Assembly (NCBI GenBank): GCA_963514005.1
Contig: OY740825.1
Location: 7,874,001-7,938,000, forward strand
Source of the DNA: Raja brachyura
Lineage: Eukaryota
Direction: 5' to 3'
DNA: 64,000 bases
The notes beneath the pieces were generated by a model. The model was not told the origin of the DNA, ran no database searches, and was given only the letters and a program-made list of their open reading frames with translations. The translations under genes and the position numbers were made by a program. Shown here one piece after another: positions 13,991 to 27,200 of this stretch (positions are counted from its first letter, which is position 1; every line of letters starts with the position of its first letter).

Positions 13991-14789
13991 AGCTTTGCCC
14001 TCGCCAATATTACCTTTCTTGGGATTACTGATTACTACCAGTTTAGGGATGTTCGTTTGACTCCACAGGAACAGAACACAATTCAGCCTGTCGAATCTGT
14101 TCGATTGACCTCGCAGAAGGGAAGTGGAATTAGTGTGTGACGGTTGAGCGGTGTTTTAAAATCCATCACCATGCAGTGGTTCCACATCCCTTCCTCAGTA
14201 ATCCCCGAGGGTCGATGCGATTCCTGAGTGGAGGGTTGCAAATTACCTGATGAGGTCACTGAAATAGGGCAGCTGGTATTGGTTTAATATTTCCTGAGAT
14301 AATGAAAAACTCTCATCACCAGAGACCCGGTTTCAATCATGACCTCAGGCGCTGTCTGTGTGGAATTTGCACGCAGCAAGACACAAAATGCTGGAGTAAC
14401 GCAACGGGACAGGCAGCATCTCTGGACAGAAGGAATGGGTGACGTTTCAGGTCGAGACTCCTCTCCAGACATGCTGTCTGACCCGCTGAGTTATTCCAGC
14501 ATTTTGCATCTATCTTTGGTTTAAACCAGCACCTGCAGTTCCTTCCCACACACTTGGCGTTTGTACGTTCTTTCCCTGTGACCGTGTGGGTTTTCTCCGG
14601 GTGCTCCGGTTTCCTCCCACATCCCAAAGACGTGCAGGTTTGTAGGTTAATCGGTCCCACTGGAAATTGCCCCCAAGTGTGTAGGGAGTGGATGAGAAAG
14701 TGGGAAAACATAGAACTAGTGTGTGAACGGGTGGTAGGTGTTGACTCGGTGGGTAGGCAGTGGAGACAGGGAGAGGCCGGGGCTCTAAG

Positions 14790-15131
14790 CGTTGGTGGGG
14801 AAGGGGCCCCGGAGCCGGGGTGAGTGAGGGGCCGGTGCCGAGGCCCTGGGGTGGGGGTGAGTGAGGCCCCGGGGTGGGGGTGAGTGAGGCCCCGGTGTCG
14901 GGGCCCCGGGGTGGGGGTGAGTGCGGGGCCGGGGCCCCGGGGTGGGGGTGAGTGCGGGGCCGGGGTGGGGGGTGAGTGCGGGGCCGGGGTCGGGGCCCCG
15001 GGGTGGGGGTGAGTGCGGGGCCGGGGACGGGGCCCCGGGGTGGGGGTGAGTGCGGGGCCGGGGACGGGGCCCCAGGGTGGGGGTGAGTGCGGGGCCGGGG
15101 ACGGGGCCCCAGGGTGGGGTGAGTGCGGGGC
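14790..15131 (+). repeat. G-rich minisatellite (GGGGTGGGGGTGAGTGCGGGGCC-based units) running into an N-gap
   Basis: Tandem units directly visible. Confidence 0.9.
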
Positions 15132-15642
15132 NNNNNNNNNNNNNNNNNNNNNNNNNNNNNNNNNNNNNNNNNNNNNNNNNNNNNNNNNNNNNNNNNNNNN
15201 NNNNNNNNNNNNNNNNNNNNNNNNNNNNNNNNNNNNNNNNNNNNNNNNNNNNNNNNNNNNNNNNNNNNNNNNNNNNNNNNNNNNNNNNNNNNNNNNNNNN
15301 NNNNNNNNNNNNNNNNNNNNNNNNNNNNNNNTCTTTGCTTTAATACTCCAAATCACTGGCAATTAAAATCCAACCTCCCATTAATTTCCCAATAGTTTCT
15401 GTATCTGTAAATGTGTTCGAGTCTCACTGTAAATAATGTTTTCTTTCATTCTTTCTCCCAAAGTGAAGAATCTCGCACTTTGCACCATTCGACATCCGAT
15501 TTGTGTGTCTTGAGAGAGATGAGAAGAGAAGGAAGGGAGGGGAAGGGGGAGGGTTTGTGGAGCGTGGGCACTGGCAGGGAGCAGAGGGGCCGAGTAGCCT
15601 CTGTACTGCCCCGCTCCCAACCCGGCGAGCTAATCCACGTAC

Positions 15643-15771
15643 CACGCGGGCAGGAAGTGTGTCCAGATGTTGAGCGTCTCGTTGGTGAGTTGGAAAATGC
15701 TGACGAGGTCAGTCCCTGGCCGAGCTCTGCGGGTTCCGGTAGCCGGACACGATGCCATCCTCGCGGAACAC
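15643..15771 (-). pseudogene. PAQR6: PAQR6-like coding exon 2 with a 1-nt insertion (pseudogene or assembly error)
   Basis: ag/VFREDGIVSGYRNPQSSARD-[TGAC instead of TGC]-LVSIFQLTNETLNIWTHFLPAW/gt. Contains the PAQR NETxNIWTH motif. The extra base at 15709 creates a TGA. Confidence 0.75.
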
Positions 15772-16551
15772 CTGCGGTGTGGGGAGAAGGGGGGGTGGGT
15801 GCACACAGACAGACGGCAACGTAAGTAGACCCGCATCTCCTGAACACCCAGCTCTTCACATTGCCCGGGATAGGCGGAGATTAGGCCGCGGACCGCGACG
15901 CAACAAGACTTTGTAGTTTCAGAGCTGGAGGATAATATCTTGTCCACAATGTTTCCATTAATACTGACCGTGTTGAAAGCCAATTAACCTACACGCGCGT
16001 GGGGGGAGAAACCTGAGCACCCAGAGAAAACCCACGCGGTCACAGGGAGAATGTATAAACCTAGTACAGAGAGCGCCCGCAGTCAGGATCGAACCCGGGT
16101 CTCTGGAACTGTGAGGCAGCAACTCTGCAGCTGTGCCATTGTGTCTCCAGTATGCCGCGCCTTATGTGCTATATATATCTCAGAGTTTGGTTATTCGGCC
16201 CAAATGGTGTATGCTAGTAATTATGATGCACACCGCACAGCCTATCCCCAATAGCTCAACGTTGAATCCCCACAATTAGCCAATGAACCATGTCTGGGTT
16301 GTCAAACACCGGCATTCAATGGGCTTCGGATTTAGATGTCAATTAAAACATATTTATTTTAAAAACATGATATCAGAAAGGTGGCAGATGATTTTTTAAT
16401 GGTTACCAAAAAATAAAATGTTTCTCAAAAATGTAGTGTTGAATGTAGGAGCGACAGACAGAGGGGGAGGGGCAGAATGAAGAGGGGGGGAGAGAGGGGG
16501 AGGGGCAGACAGAAGGGAGATTGGAGAGAGAGGGGGGAGTGGGGAGATGGC

Positions 16552-16583
<32 letters not shown>

Positions 16584-17015
16584 GACATAAACAGCGACAG
16601 ACACTGACAGGGAAGGCGAAACAGACAGACGGAGAGAGAGAATGAGACAGAGCGAGAGGGGATGCAGGGACACGGAATGGCCGGAGCTGGAATCTGAACT
16701 CGGCAAATATTAATGAGAAATGTTGATTTTCAGTTCAGGAACCACAGATATGACAAGAGGTTTGGCAAGATTGGTTCAGAGTCACACTGCATGGCAACCG
16801 GCCCTTACGGCCCATCGTGGGCATGCCGGCCATTCAGTACCGATCTACACTAACCGCATTGACCAGCACTTGGTCAGTCTTCTTGTCTGCCTCGTAGATG
16901 TGAACGCTGGTCGAAATACCAATGCGTGTGGTGCAGAGTTGTAAACAATGGCCACTCTATGAAATCACCGCTTCCGCTCTGGATACCTGGAGGATACCAA
17001 TTACCTTGGACTTAC

Positions 17016-17066
17016 TCTGGGGACTTGGTGGTTGTTTAAGAGATGAGGCAACTTCACAGTTAACAT
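17016..17066 (-). CDS. PAQR6: PAQR6-like membrane progestin receptor, first coding exon
   Basis: MLTVKLPHLLNNHQVPR followed by donor gtaagt. Resembles the PAQR6 N-terminus MLSLKLPQLLQVHQVPR. Acceptor near 17172; candidate upstream non-coding exon with a donor at 18794. Confidence 0.8.
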
Positions 17067-19874
17067 CCTGGCGCCGTGCCCATGCGAGGCGTTCGGTTGG
17101 CGGCCGGTGCCGGAGGGTCCGTGTGGCTGACGGCTGCCCCTTCACCTTCTCTTCCTCAGTTCCATCGTCGACCTGCGCGATTCACATTGGAGGGGGGTTA
17201 GAATGAAGAGGATGCGCCCACGCCATTCACGGTGACACCAGTAGTTTAAAGCACTCCGGATGGCCGGCACATTAGTAATAGAAGCGAGAGCGAGGGGTGG
17301 TGACAGAGACAGAGAGAGAGAGAGAGGTGGGGGGGGGGGGGGGGGGGATAGAGAGGGAGAGANNNNNNNNNNNNNNNNNNNNNNNNNNNNNNNNNNNNNN
17401 NNNNNNNNNNNNNNNNNNNNNNNNNNNNNNNNNNNNNNNNNNNNNNNNNNNNNNNNNNNNNNNNNNNNNNNNNNNNNNNNNNNNNNNNNNNNNNNNNNNN
17501 NNNNNNNNNNNNNNNNNNNNNNNNNNNNNNNNNNNNNNNNNNNNNNNNNNNNNNNNNNNNNNNNNNNNNNNNNNNNNNNNNNNNNNNNNNNNNNNNNNNN
17601 NNNNNNNNNNNNNNNNNNNNNNNNNNNNNNNNNNNNNNNNNNNNNNNNNNNNNNNNNNNNNNNNNNNNNNNNNNNNGACTGGAATTAATTTGTTTTAGGC
17701 CACTTTGCCTGGTTTAACAAGCGGCCGTTATTTCCAACCTGCCACTCCAGGGCACATTGTAATATGTGAACAATCTCCAGCGGAACTTCCCTAAACCTGC
17801 AGATGACAGAAAAAGCACGGTCTCGCCCTCTCCAACCTGTTCCAGCAGTTCCACCCCATCTCATCTCTCCCCACTTTCCCCAAGGCCCCAAATCCTCTCC
17901 ACAGTAAACGTGGTCACTGACAGGTCCTGCATTTTCCAGAGTCCCTTTCAACTTCTAGTGAGCACGATGGGAGTTTGTCACCGACCTGTCAGTAAACCAG
18001 GCGGGGCCTCCCCTCCCCCTCCCTCCCCCATCGCACTCCCCTTCACCNNNNNNNNNNNNNNNNNNNNNNNNNNNNNNNNNNNNNNNNNNNNNNNNNNNNN
18101 NNNNNNNNNNNNNNNNNNNNNNNNNNNNNNNNNNNNNNNNNNNNNNNNNNNNNNNNNNNNNNNNNNNNNNNNNNNNNNNNNNNNNNNNNNNNNNNNNNNN
18201 NNNTTTAATGGATCCTATTTTTGATTAAATGTTCAGTTTTATTTACCGAAGTATTTATTTACTGCCCGAGCTGTCAGTTCAGTAACCGCTCCAAACCTCA
18301 TCTGATCATCTCCCAATCTTGTGTTGCAACTCGCTACCACCCTGCCCCCACCCCTCATGGCAGCAGCGCTGGTGCTAGAATAGCCCTGTCCCCAACCCCC
18401 CTCCTTAGCCACACCCCTCCCTATCCCCCTCCCTCCCCAACCCCCCCCTCCCTAACCACCCTCCCTATCCAGCCCCTCCATCGTTAACCATCCCCCCCCC
18501 TAACCTCAACCACCCCCTCCCTGTTCAGCCCCTCCCTCCCACCTCCCGCCGTTTGTCACAACAATAACTCCATCTTCTCCTCCCTCGATGCAAAGTTTCA
18601 AAGTTGCAGATGTTCTCGCCGTATATTGTCCCACATCCGTATCCAGGACGCACTGCATCCGCCGTAAACAGTTAAAACCCATTCGCGTTTGGGCCTTTCC
18701 ATTGAGCGGCGGAGTACAGTCAAACAGTTTGGAAAGGATTCAGTAACGGAGAGGAGAGGGGAGGGGGGGAGAGGAGAGAGGGGGGGCGACTTACCAGTCT
18801 GTACAAGAGGGACCCCCTCCGCCTATTCCGGATTGATCTGCCCGCGTCCATCCCGACGTTTCATGGCGCCCCGGGAGACCGGGTTGACGGATCTGAGTCG
18901 GTAACGCCACCGTTCACCGCCCCCGTCCCCCACTGCCACTCAAAGTCCCGCACCCNNNNNNNNNNNNNNNNNNNNNNNNNNNNNNNNNNNNNNNNNNNNN
19001 NNNNNNNNNNNNNNNNNNNNNNNNNNNNNNNNNNNNNNNNNNNNNNNNNNNNNNNNNNNNNNNNNNNNNNNNNNNNNNNNNNNNNNNNNNNNNNNNNNNA
19101 GTCGCCGCCTTCTGGAAGCCGGCTGATTGGAGGAACGGCAGAGACTGGGCCTCTTGTTTTCCGAGAAGCGGCCGGCAAAGGAAGTTTCGGTTTAAAGGGG
19201 CAGTCCCCTCCCGCAGCCCACCCGCCGCAAGGTCCAGGATATTTTTGTGACCGCGTAGGTTTCCTCCGGGTGCTCCGGTTTCCCCCCACATCCGAAAGAC
19301 GCGCGGGTTTGTAACCTAATTGGCCCTGTGTAAATTACTATAAGTGTAGATGCGGGATAACCTAGAACTAGCGTCAACGGGTGATCGATATTTAGCGCGG
19401 ACTGGATGGGGCCAAGGGCCTGTTTTCATGCTCCACCTTATACTGTCACCAGTACATTGCCGACTTACGCGAGTGTGTTGTGTACAATATCTTTAATGTT
19501 CAAAGGATAACTGGTCATTTATTGTTACATGGACCTAGTTACAGTGAAATGCATTTATTTACATTCTGTTCTGTAAAATGTCACGATACATAGACACGGT
19601 GGTAGTTACGTACACGAGTTGGCACCGAGACGGAGCACAGGATTCGCCACTTTTCCTGCGACATGTTGGGTGATTCAAGTCCAAAGTTAAATACGTAGAA
19701 CCATCACCCTCTTGACGTAAAATATTGTTACAAACTTCAGTCTGAAGAAGGGTCTTGACCCGAAACGTCACCCATTCCTTCTTTCCAGAGATGCCGCGGA
19801 TTTACTCCAGCTTTTCGTGTCTGTTTTACAAACTTCAGTATGTTTTCTCCATTCTTTTTCGCATTTAGTTTAGG

Positions 19875-20165
19875 TTACGTTTATTTCAGAGATACAGCGC
19901 GGAAACAGACCCTTCGGCCCGCCGAGTTCGTGCCGACCAGCGATCCCCGCACACTAACACACTAGGGGCAATTTACAATTATGCCGGCCAATTAATCTAC
20001 AAACCTACACGTTTTTGAAGTGTTGTAGGAAACGGAGGAACCCCACGCAGGTCACGGGGAGAACGTACAAACTCCGTACAGGCAGCACCCGTAGTCAGGA
20101 TGGAACCCGGGTCTCCGGCACTGCAAGCGCTGTAAGGCGGCAACTCTACCGCTGCGCCACAGTGT
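19875..20165 (-). mobile_element. tRNA-derived SINE (HE1-like), representative copy
   Basis: The reverse strand shows GTGGCGCAGCGG (A-box-like), a GGGTTCCATCC B-box-like motif and an (AAACT)-like tail. Similar copies near 7500, 14300-14750, 32080, 34060, 52570, 55950 and 59130. Confidence 0.75.
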
Positions 20166-22019
20166 TGCCGCATTTGCTGTCATCTGATCTGTAGGAACCG
20201 TTCCGGGATCTGTAGCATTGTGCAAGATAATAACAAAGCCCCCGATGCCTTTATAATGAACAACAGCGATCACAAACCCCACGCTGTTGGCTATGAAACA
20301 ATCTGGATTCTTGAAATCCATCTCCGGTCCTGGCCGGAACTATTCCCGGTAGGATATACACAGAATGGTGCTCTTGCACCCCCTCTCTCTCCGTACCCCC
20401 CCCCCCCCCACCCTAGTCATAGACTCATAGAGTGACTCAGTGTGGAAACAGGCCCTTCGGCCCAACTTACCCACACTGGCCAACATGTCCCATCTACACT
20501 AGTCCCACCTGCCTGCGTTTGGTCCATATTCCTCCAAACCGGTCCTACGCATGTGCCTGACTAACTGTTTCTTAGTCGTCATGCTAGTTTCCCCGTTCGT
20601 ATCCCCTCATTATCACCCCCAGCCAACAATGGACCATTGTGGGCTCTTTGTCATCGTTGCCGGCTGTAATTCGTTTTATACCTTTTACATATCTCTAGAT
20701 CCCCTCTCCCCTAACCCTCAGTCTTGACCCGCAACGTCACCTATTCCTTTTATCCAGAGATGCTGAGTTTGTCCAACACGTTGTGTCTATCTTCGACGTA
20801 AAGCACCATCTGCTGTTCGTCCCTTTCACTGCCTCGCAGCTCCTTGTGGGTGACTCCAGCTTCATTTGTTAGCGTTTCAGTGGTGACCTCTAGTCCAATG
20901 TCCGCCCTCCCCCCTCCCCACATCCCAACGCGCCCTCCCCCCGCGGAAACATCTGTTCCGTGCCCACCCAATCCAATCCCTGCTCCAATCCCTGCCTTCG
21001 CCTCGCAGGAGAAGACGTTTCTGCCTTGACCAGTGAGTCTAACCAGAGCAAATCACAAAGTGCTGGAGGAACTCCTCGGGTCAGGCAACATCTGTGGAGG
21101 GAATGGACAGAAGCCATTTCGGATCTGGACTCTTCTTCAGACGGATAGAAACATAGAAACATAGAAAATAGGTACAGGAGTAGGCTATTCGGCCCTTCGA
21201 GGCTGCACCGTTATTCAATATGATCATGGCTGATCATCCAACTCAGTATCCTGTACCTGCCTTCTCTCCATATCCCCTGATCCCTTTAGCCACAAGGGCC
21301 ACATCTAACTCTCTCTTAAATATAGCCAATGAACTGGCCTCAACTACCTTCTGTGGCAGAGAATTCCACAGATTCACCACTCTCTGTGTGGGAAAAATGT
21401 TTTTCTCATCTCGGTCCCAAAAGACTTCCCCCTTATCCTTAAACTGTGACCCCTTGCCCTGGACTTCCCCAACATCGGGAACAATCGGGATGGAGTAGGG
21501 AGCTGAGAGTGGGTAAAGGGAGGTGGGATGGGGCGGGGAAAAGCGTGGCAAGTGATAGGTGGACACAGAGGATGAGAGGGCGAGGGGGGTTATAGACAGA
21601 GGGGTGGGGTAAATGACAAAAGCTGGAAGTGAGAAAGGGTCAGAATTGACAGAATCGTGTGGGAGGGGGGGGGGGGGAGCCACAATGGTGTCAGATATGG
21701 AGAGAAGGAGAGGGGCGGTGTGTAAAGCGGGAGGGGGGTAAATGGAAGGTGGCGGGGGGGGGGGGGGGGCGATGTTGCAATTGAGGCATTGGCAGGTGGA
21801 CATCTGACCACAGACCTGTTATTATTGTCGGTCTGTCCTGTTACTGCTCTAAGTGTGATCTGACCACCGCGATTAGACGACCTTTGTTTCATCATGTTTG
21901 CAGACTGCCCTCTCGGCCCGTGCACAAACAGGAAACCCACCGCTCATGTCTGTCGCTTTCCAGCGCGACAGTATGTTTATTAATAAACAAGGCGTATTAT
22001 TTTCGGAAATCACACCTTG

Positions 22020-24135
22020 TGATGAGTGGTGGGCCTGAGGGTTCGGTGCTGGGCCCGTTACTGTTTGTTATCTACATCAATTATTTGGATGAGAACATGC
22101 AGGGCAAGATTATCAAGTTTGCAGACGATACGAAAGTGGGTGGTTTTGCAGATAGTGAAGATGGTTGTGAACGATTGCAGCAGGATCTGGATCGATTGGC
22201 CAGGTGGCCAAGTGTAAGGTGTTGCATTTTTGGGACGTCGAACAAGGGCAGGACCTACACAGTGAATGGTCGGCCTCTGGGGAGTGTTGTGGAGCAGAGG
22301 GATCTAGGAGTACAGGTGCATGGTTCCATGAGGGTCGAGTCGCAGGTAGATAAGGTGGTCAAAAAGGCTTTTGGCACTTTGGCCTTCTTCAGTGAGAATA
22401 TTGAGTATAGAAGTTGGGAGGTCACGTTACAATTGTATAAGACGTTGGTGAGACCGCATTTAAAATATTGTGTTCAGTTCTGGGCACCATGTTACAGGAA
22501 AGATATTATCAAGCTTGAAAGGGTTCTGAGAAGATTTACGAGGATGTTGCCAGGACTGGAGGTTGTGAGCTACAGGGAGAGGTTGAGTAGGCTGGGTCTC
22601 TATTCCTTGGAGCGCAGGAGGATGAGGGTGATCTTATAGAAACACAGAACATAGAAAAATAGGTGCAGGAGTAGGCCATTTGGCCCTTCCAGCCTGCACC
22701 GCCATTCAATGTGATCATGGCCGATCATCCAACTCAGTATCCCGTACCTGCCTTCTCTCCATACCCCCTGATCCCTTTAGCTACAAGTGCCACATCTAAC
22801 GCCCTCTTAAATATAGCCAATGAACTGGCCTCAACTACCTTCTGTGGCAGAGAATTCCAGAGACTCACCACTCTCTGTGTAAAGAATGTTTTCCTCATCT
22901 CGGTCCTAAAGGAATTCCCCCTTATCCTTAGACTGTGACCCCTTGTTCTGGACTCCCCCAACATCGGGAAAAATCTTGCATCATCTAGCTTGTCCAACCC
23001 CTTAAGAATTTTGTAAGTTTCTATAAGATCCCACCTCAATCTTCTAAATTCCAGCGAGTACAAGCCGAGTCTATCCAGTCTTTCCTCATATGAAAGTCCT
23101 GACATCCCAGGAATCAGTATGGTGAATCTTCTCTGTACCCCCTCTATGGCAAGAATGTCTTTCCTCAGATTTGGAGACCAAAACTGTACGCAATACTCCA
23201 GGTGTGGCCCCACCAAAACCCTGTACAACTGCAGTAGAACCTCCCTGCTCCTATACTCAAATCCTTTCGCTATGAATGCTAACATACCATTTGCTTTCTT
23301 CACTGCCTGCTGCACCTGCATGCCTACTTTCAATGACTGGTGTACCATGACACCCAGGTCTCGTTGCATCTCCCCTTTTCCTAATGTGCCACCATTCAGA
23401 TAATAGTCTACCCTCATGTTTTTGCCACCAAAGTGGATAACCTCACATTTATCCACATTATACTGCATCTGCCATGCATCTGCCCATTCACTCAGCCTAT
23501 CCAAATCACCCTGCAGCCTCCAAGCATCCTCCTCACACCCAACTATACTCCCCTTGGTGTCATCTGCAAATTTGGAGATGTTGCATTGAATTCCCTCGTC
23601 CAAATCATTAATATATATTGTCAATAGCTGGGGTCCCAGCACTGCGCCTTGCGGTACCCCACTAGTCACTGCCTGCCATTCTGAAAAGGACCCGTTTACT
23701 CCCAGCCTTTGCTTCCTGTCTGCCAGCCAGTTCTCTATCCACATCAATACTAAACCCCCAATACCGTGTGCTTTTATAGAGGTGTATAAAATCACGAGAG
23801 GAATAGATCGGGGAGATACACAGAATCTCTTGCTCAGAGAAGGGAATCGAGGACCAGAGGACATGGGTTCAAGGTGAAGGGGAAAAGATTTAATAGGAAT
23901 CCGAGGGGTAACTTTTTCACACGAAGGGCGGAACAAGCTGCCAGAGGAGGTAGTTCAGGCAGGGACTGGCCCAACGTGCAATACATAGTTAGACAGGTAC
24001 ATTCATAGGACAGGTTTGGACGGATATGGACCAAGCGCAGGCAGGTGGGACTAATGTAGCCGAGACATGTTGGCCGGTGTGGGCAAGTTGGGCGGAAGGG
24101 CCTGTTTCCACGCTATATCACTGTATGACTCTCTA
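22020..24135 (+). mobile_element. CR1 LINE (+) split by a second CR1 (-) inserted at about 22640-23770
   Basis: The + strand RT ORF (GSVLGPLLFVIYIN, KFADD) stops at LYSLERRRMR and resumes after 23771. The insert carries QGAVLGP/FADD on the - strand. ttataga is duplicated at both junctions. Confidence 0.9.
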
Positions 24136-24237
24136 TGCCTCTACAACGCAGATCACGCCTCCTTCGCAAGGACATGGCAAACCGATGATATCCGCAAGCG
24201 TTAATCTAGCAGAATCTACCCAGAGCTTAACCGGACA

Positions 24238-27200
24238 ATGAGGTGCCACCTGGTCTGTGCGCTTTCCCTCCTGTTACAAGGTGAGCGGCCAGCACTCGGG
24301 TTATGGAGCGGAGAGACGCTTTGGTGGGACAGTGGAGATTGTGTTAGTTAAAGAGCAGAATTAATCTTGTGGAAAAGATCAGAACGTTTTAGCCACCGGT
24401 GGTCAATGCACCCGCAAAGTAGAAACTGGAGGGAAGGTTGGGAAGGAGTGGAGAATTATTACAACGTCAGCGGGGACAATGGCAGCAAGTTCAAAATGTC
24501 TGGATAGAGTGGATGAGTCTATTGTGGGAGAGTCTAGGACCAGAGGCCACAGTCTCGGAATTAAAGGACGTTCCTTTAGGAAGGAGACGAGGAGGAAATT
24601 AATTAGGCAGAGGGTGGTGAATCTGTGGAATTCTTGGCCACGGAAGGCTGTGCAGGCCAAGTCATTGGACATTTTTAAGGCAGAGATAGATAGATTCTTG
24701 ATTAGTATGGGTTATAGGGAGGCAGGAGAATTTGGTTAAAGGGGAAAGGTAGATCAGCCATGATTGAATGGTGGAGTAGACTTGATGGGCCGAATGGCCT
24801 AATTCTGCTCCAATAACTTATGAACGTATGAACGTTACACACTGAGAGCAGAGGGTCGGGCAATCAGTTGGACAGTACGTTGGCGAGACAGCCTGAGACG
24901 ATTCGCCTCCATCTTCACGCCAAATTCTCAATGTCGAGAAGAAAAAGACAATATCCAGGTAGCGAGCGGGCGGCTAAAGACGCGCCACTTTACCCGTGAG
25001 CCAAACTAGATGCCAGTTTACCGCGGGCTGAAGGTATCGCCAGCCGATGCGAAGGGGGAAGGGGTTAGGGTAGTATTAGCATCGGTTATTTTAAAATCAT
25101 TAGCGCGGCGAAACGTCCCGAACCAGGAAGTGTTGGAAAGAGCGCGGAATGATTTTGTGAACCAAACAACTGTGGAAATGTTAGTTTTGTAAAATGGTTT
25201 TGAAATACAGCGTTAGGCTGTTCGGTGTTATTCACAACGACGTGTCAGGTTATGGTTCATTAGACATGGGGCGGTAACTCAGTCGGTGGAGAAGGGAACG
25301 CGCTATTTGAATGGCGCCGGATGAACCAAGTTTCCCCACATGGTCTTGGGTTCTGGGTTCAATAACAAGGCGCCGTCAGCACCGCCATCTGTGGTGAAAC
25401 GTTTCTCTAATTTCCCGTTTCAGTGTCTCGGACATCGATGTCCCTGTCCCCGCCCGCTCTGACCGTTCGCGTCGGGGATCGGGCCGTTCTGAACTGCAGC
25501 CGGGAGGTGAGCGTGTATCCTGGGGCGTCGATAAACTGGTTTATACAGAACGGCCGAGGGCGCCTGCAGTTCGCTTACAAAACGGCAAAATTCATGCCTC
25601 CGAAGGGAAGATTCTCGGGATTCTTGGACGAAAAATCGGGCAAATATGCCCTGGTGATCGAGAATGTCCAGCAAAATGATGCCGGGATTTACGTCTGCGC
25701 GGCTCAGCACGACAGAGGATTTGGCAATGGATCCAAGCTGGTGGTGACAGGTTGCAAACATTTTCACCATGGGCTGGGCTCTCGCTGTCTGCTGCTGGCA
25801 TTGTCCCATTGGATGTGGATGCCATGGAGTCATTGTCATAGTGATACAGTGTGGAAACAGGCCCTTCGGCCCAACTTGCCCACACCGGCCAACATGTCCC
25901 AGCTACACTAGTCTCACCCTCCAAACCTGTCCTATGTATGTCCCTGTCTAACTGTTTATTGAGCGTTATGCTAGTCCCAGCCTCAACTACTTAATCTGAC
26001 AGCTCGTTCCATACACCCATCACCCTTTCTTTGTGAAAAACTAACCCTTCAGATTCCTTTTAAATCTTTTCCCTTTCACCTTAAGCCCGTGTCCTCTGGT
26101 CCTCGATTCCCCTACTCTGGGCAAGAGACTCTGTGCGTCTACCCAATCTATTCCTGTCATCTATTCCTGTTATACACCTCTATAAGATCTCCCCTCCTCC
26201 TCCTTATCGGAGGCTTGATTAGTAAACTGTGTAAGATGGAACAGCAGATGCTGGTTTAAACCGAAGATTGACATACAATGCTGGAGTAACTCAGTGGGAT
26301 AGGCAACATCTCGGGAGAGAAGGAGTGGGTTTCGTGTCGTGGCGAGACCTTTCTTCTTCAGTCTGATGAAGGATCTTGACCCGAAACGTCACCCATTCCT
26401 TCTCTCTAGAGATGCTGCCTGTCCCGCTGAGTTACTCCAGCATTTTATGTCAATCTTCGGTTTAAACCGCCATCTGCCGTTCCTTCTACATTTACAAATA
26501 GGCCGTTAATATATATCCGAAACAGCAGCAGAGATTTTTATTACTGCACGAAAGAGCAATTAAAAATCTGTCGCTTCACCCTTTAACACCGCGTTGTTGA
26601 CTTTTCCTGCTTTAGCGGGTTCTGCAAACATAATCCTGTTGGCGCCGCCAGCGGGCGAGATTCCCCAGATCCAACCGGTGCCGCTGGTATGTGTGGTGAG
26701 AGGCGCGTCCTCCGATTCCGTGCAAATCCACTGGAATCTTTCGGGAACCGTTAGCAAAGGCCTCGTCGACCCCGGGACATTTGACCCGGACGGGAGCTAC
26801 AGCGTTCGAAGCCGATTCCAGATCTCGGCGGAAAGTTGGCGCAGCGGCGCCGTCTGTACCTGCGCGTCGGGAGATCTGATCAGCCACGGTGTTGCCGCCC
26901 AGATAGGTATGGTAGAATCTAACTGCTTATGTTAATTGTATTGTGGACAACATAGAAACATAGAAAATAGGCCATTCGGCCCTTCGAGCCAGCACCGCCA
27001 TTCAATATGATCACGGCTGATCATCCCCAATCAGTACCCCGTTCCCGCCTTCTCCCCATATCCCCTGATTCCGTAGGAATAATTTAACAGGGAGTTATTT
27101 GACAGTTTGTTCTCACGTTGGTCAATAAAGAGCTGCCAGTTTAATCCCAGTTTCCACCAGTGACGTCGCCGCCCTGATCTTCAGACGTACCCAGGCATTG

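Noticed and set aside
22734-23936. 400-aa ORF as an intact gene
   Set aside because: It is a chimera: the N-terminus is antisense of the host CR1 and the rest is truncated CR1 RT.
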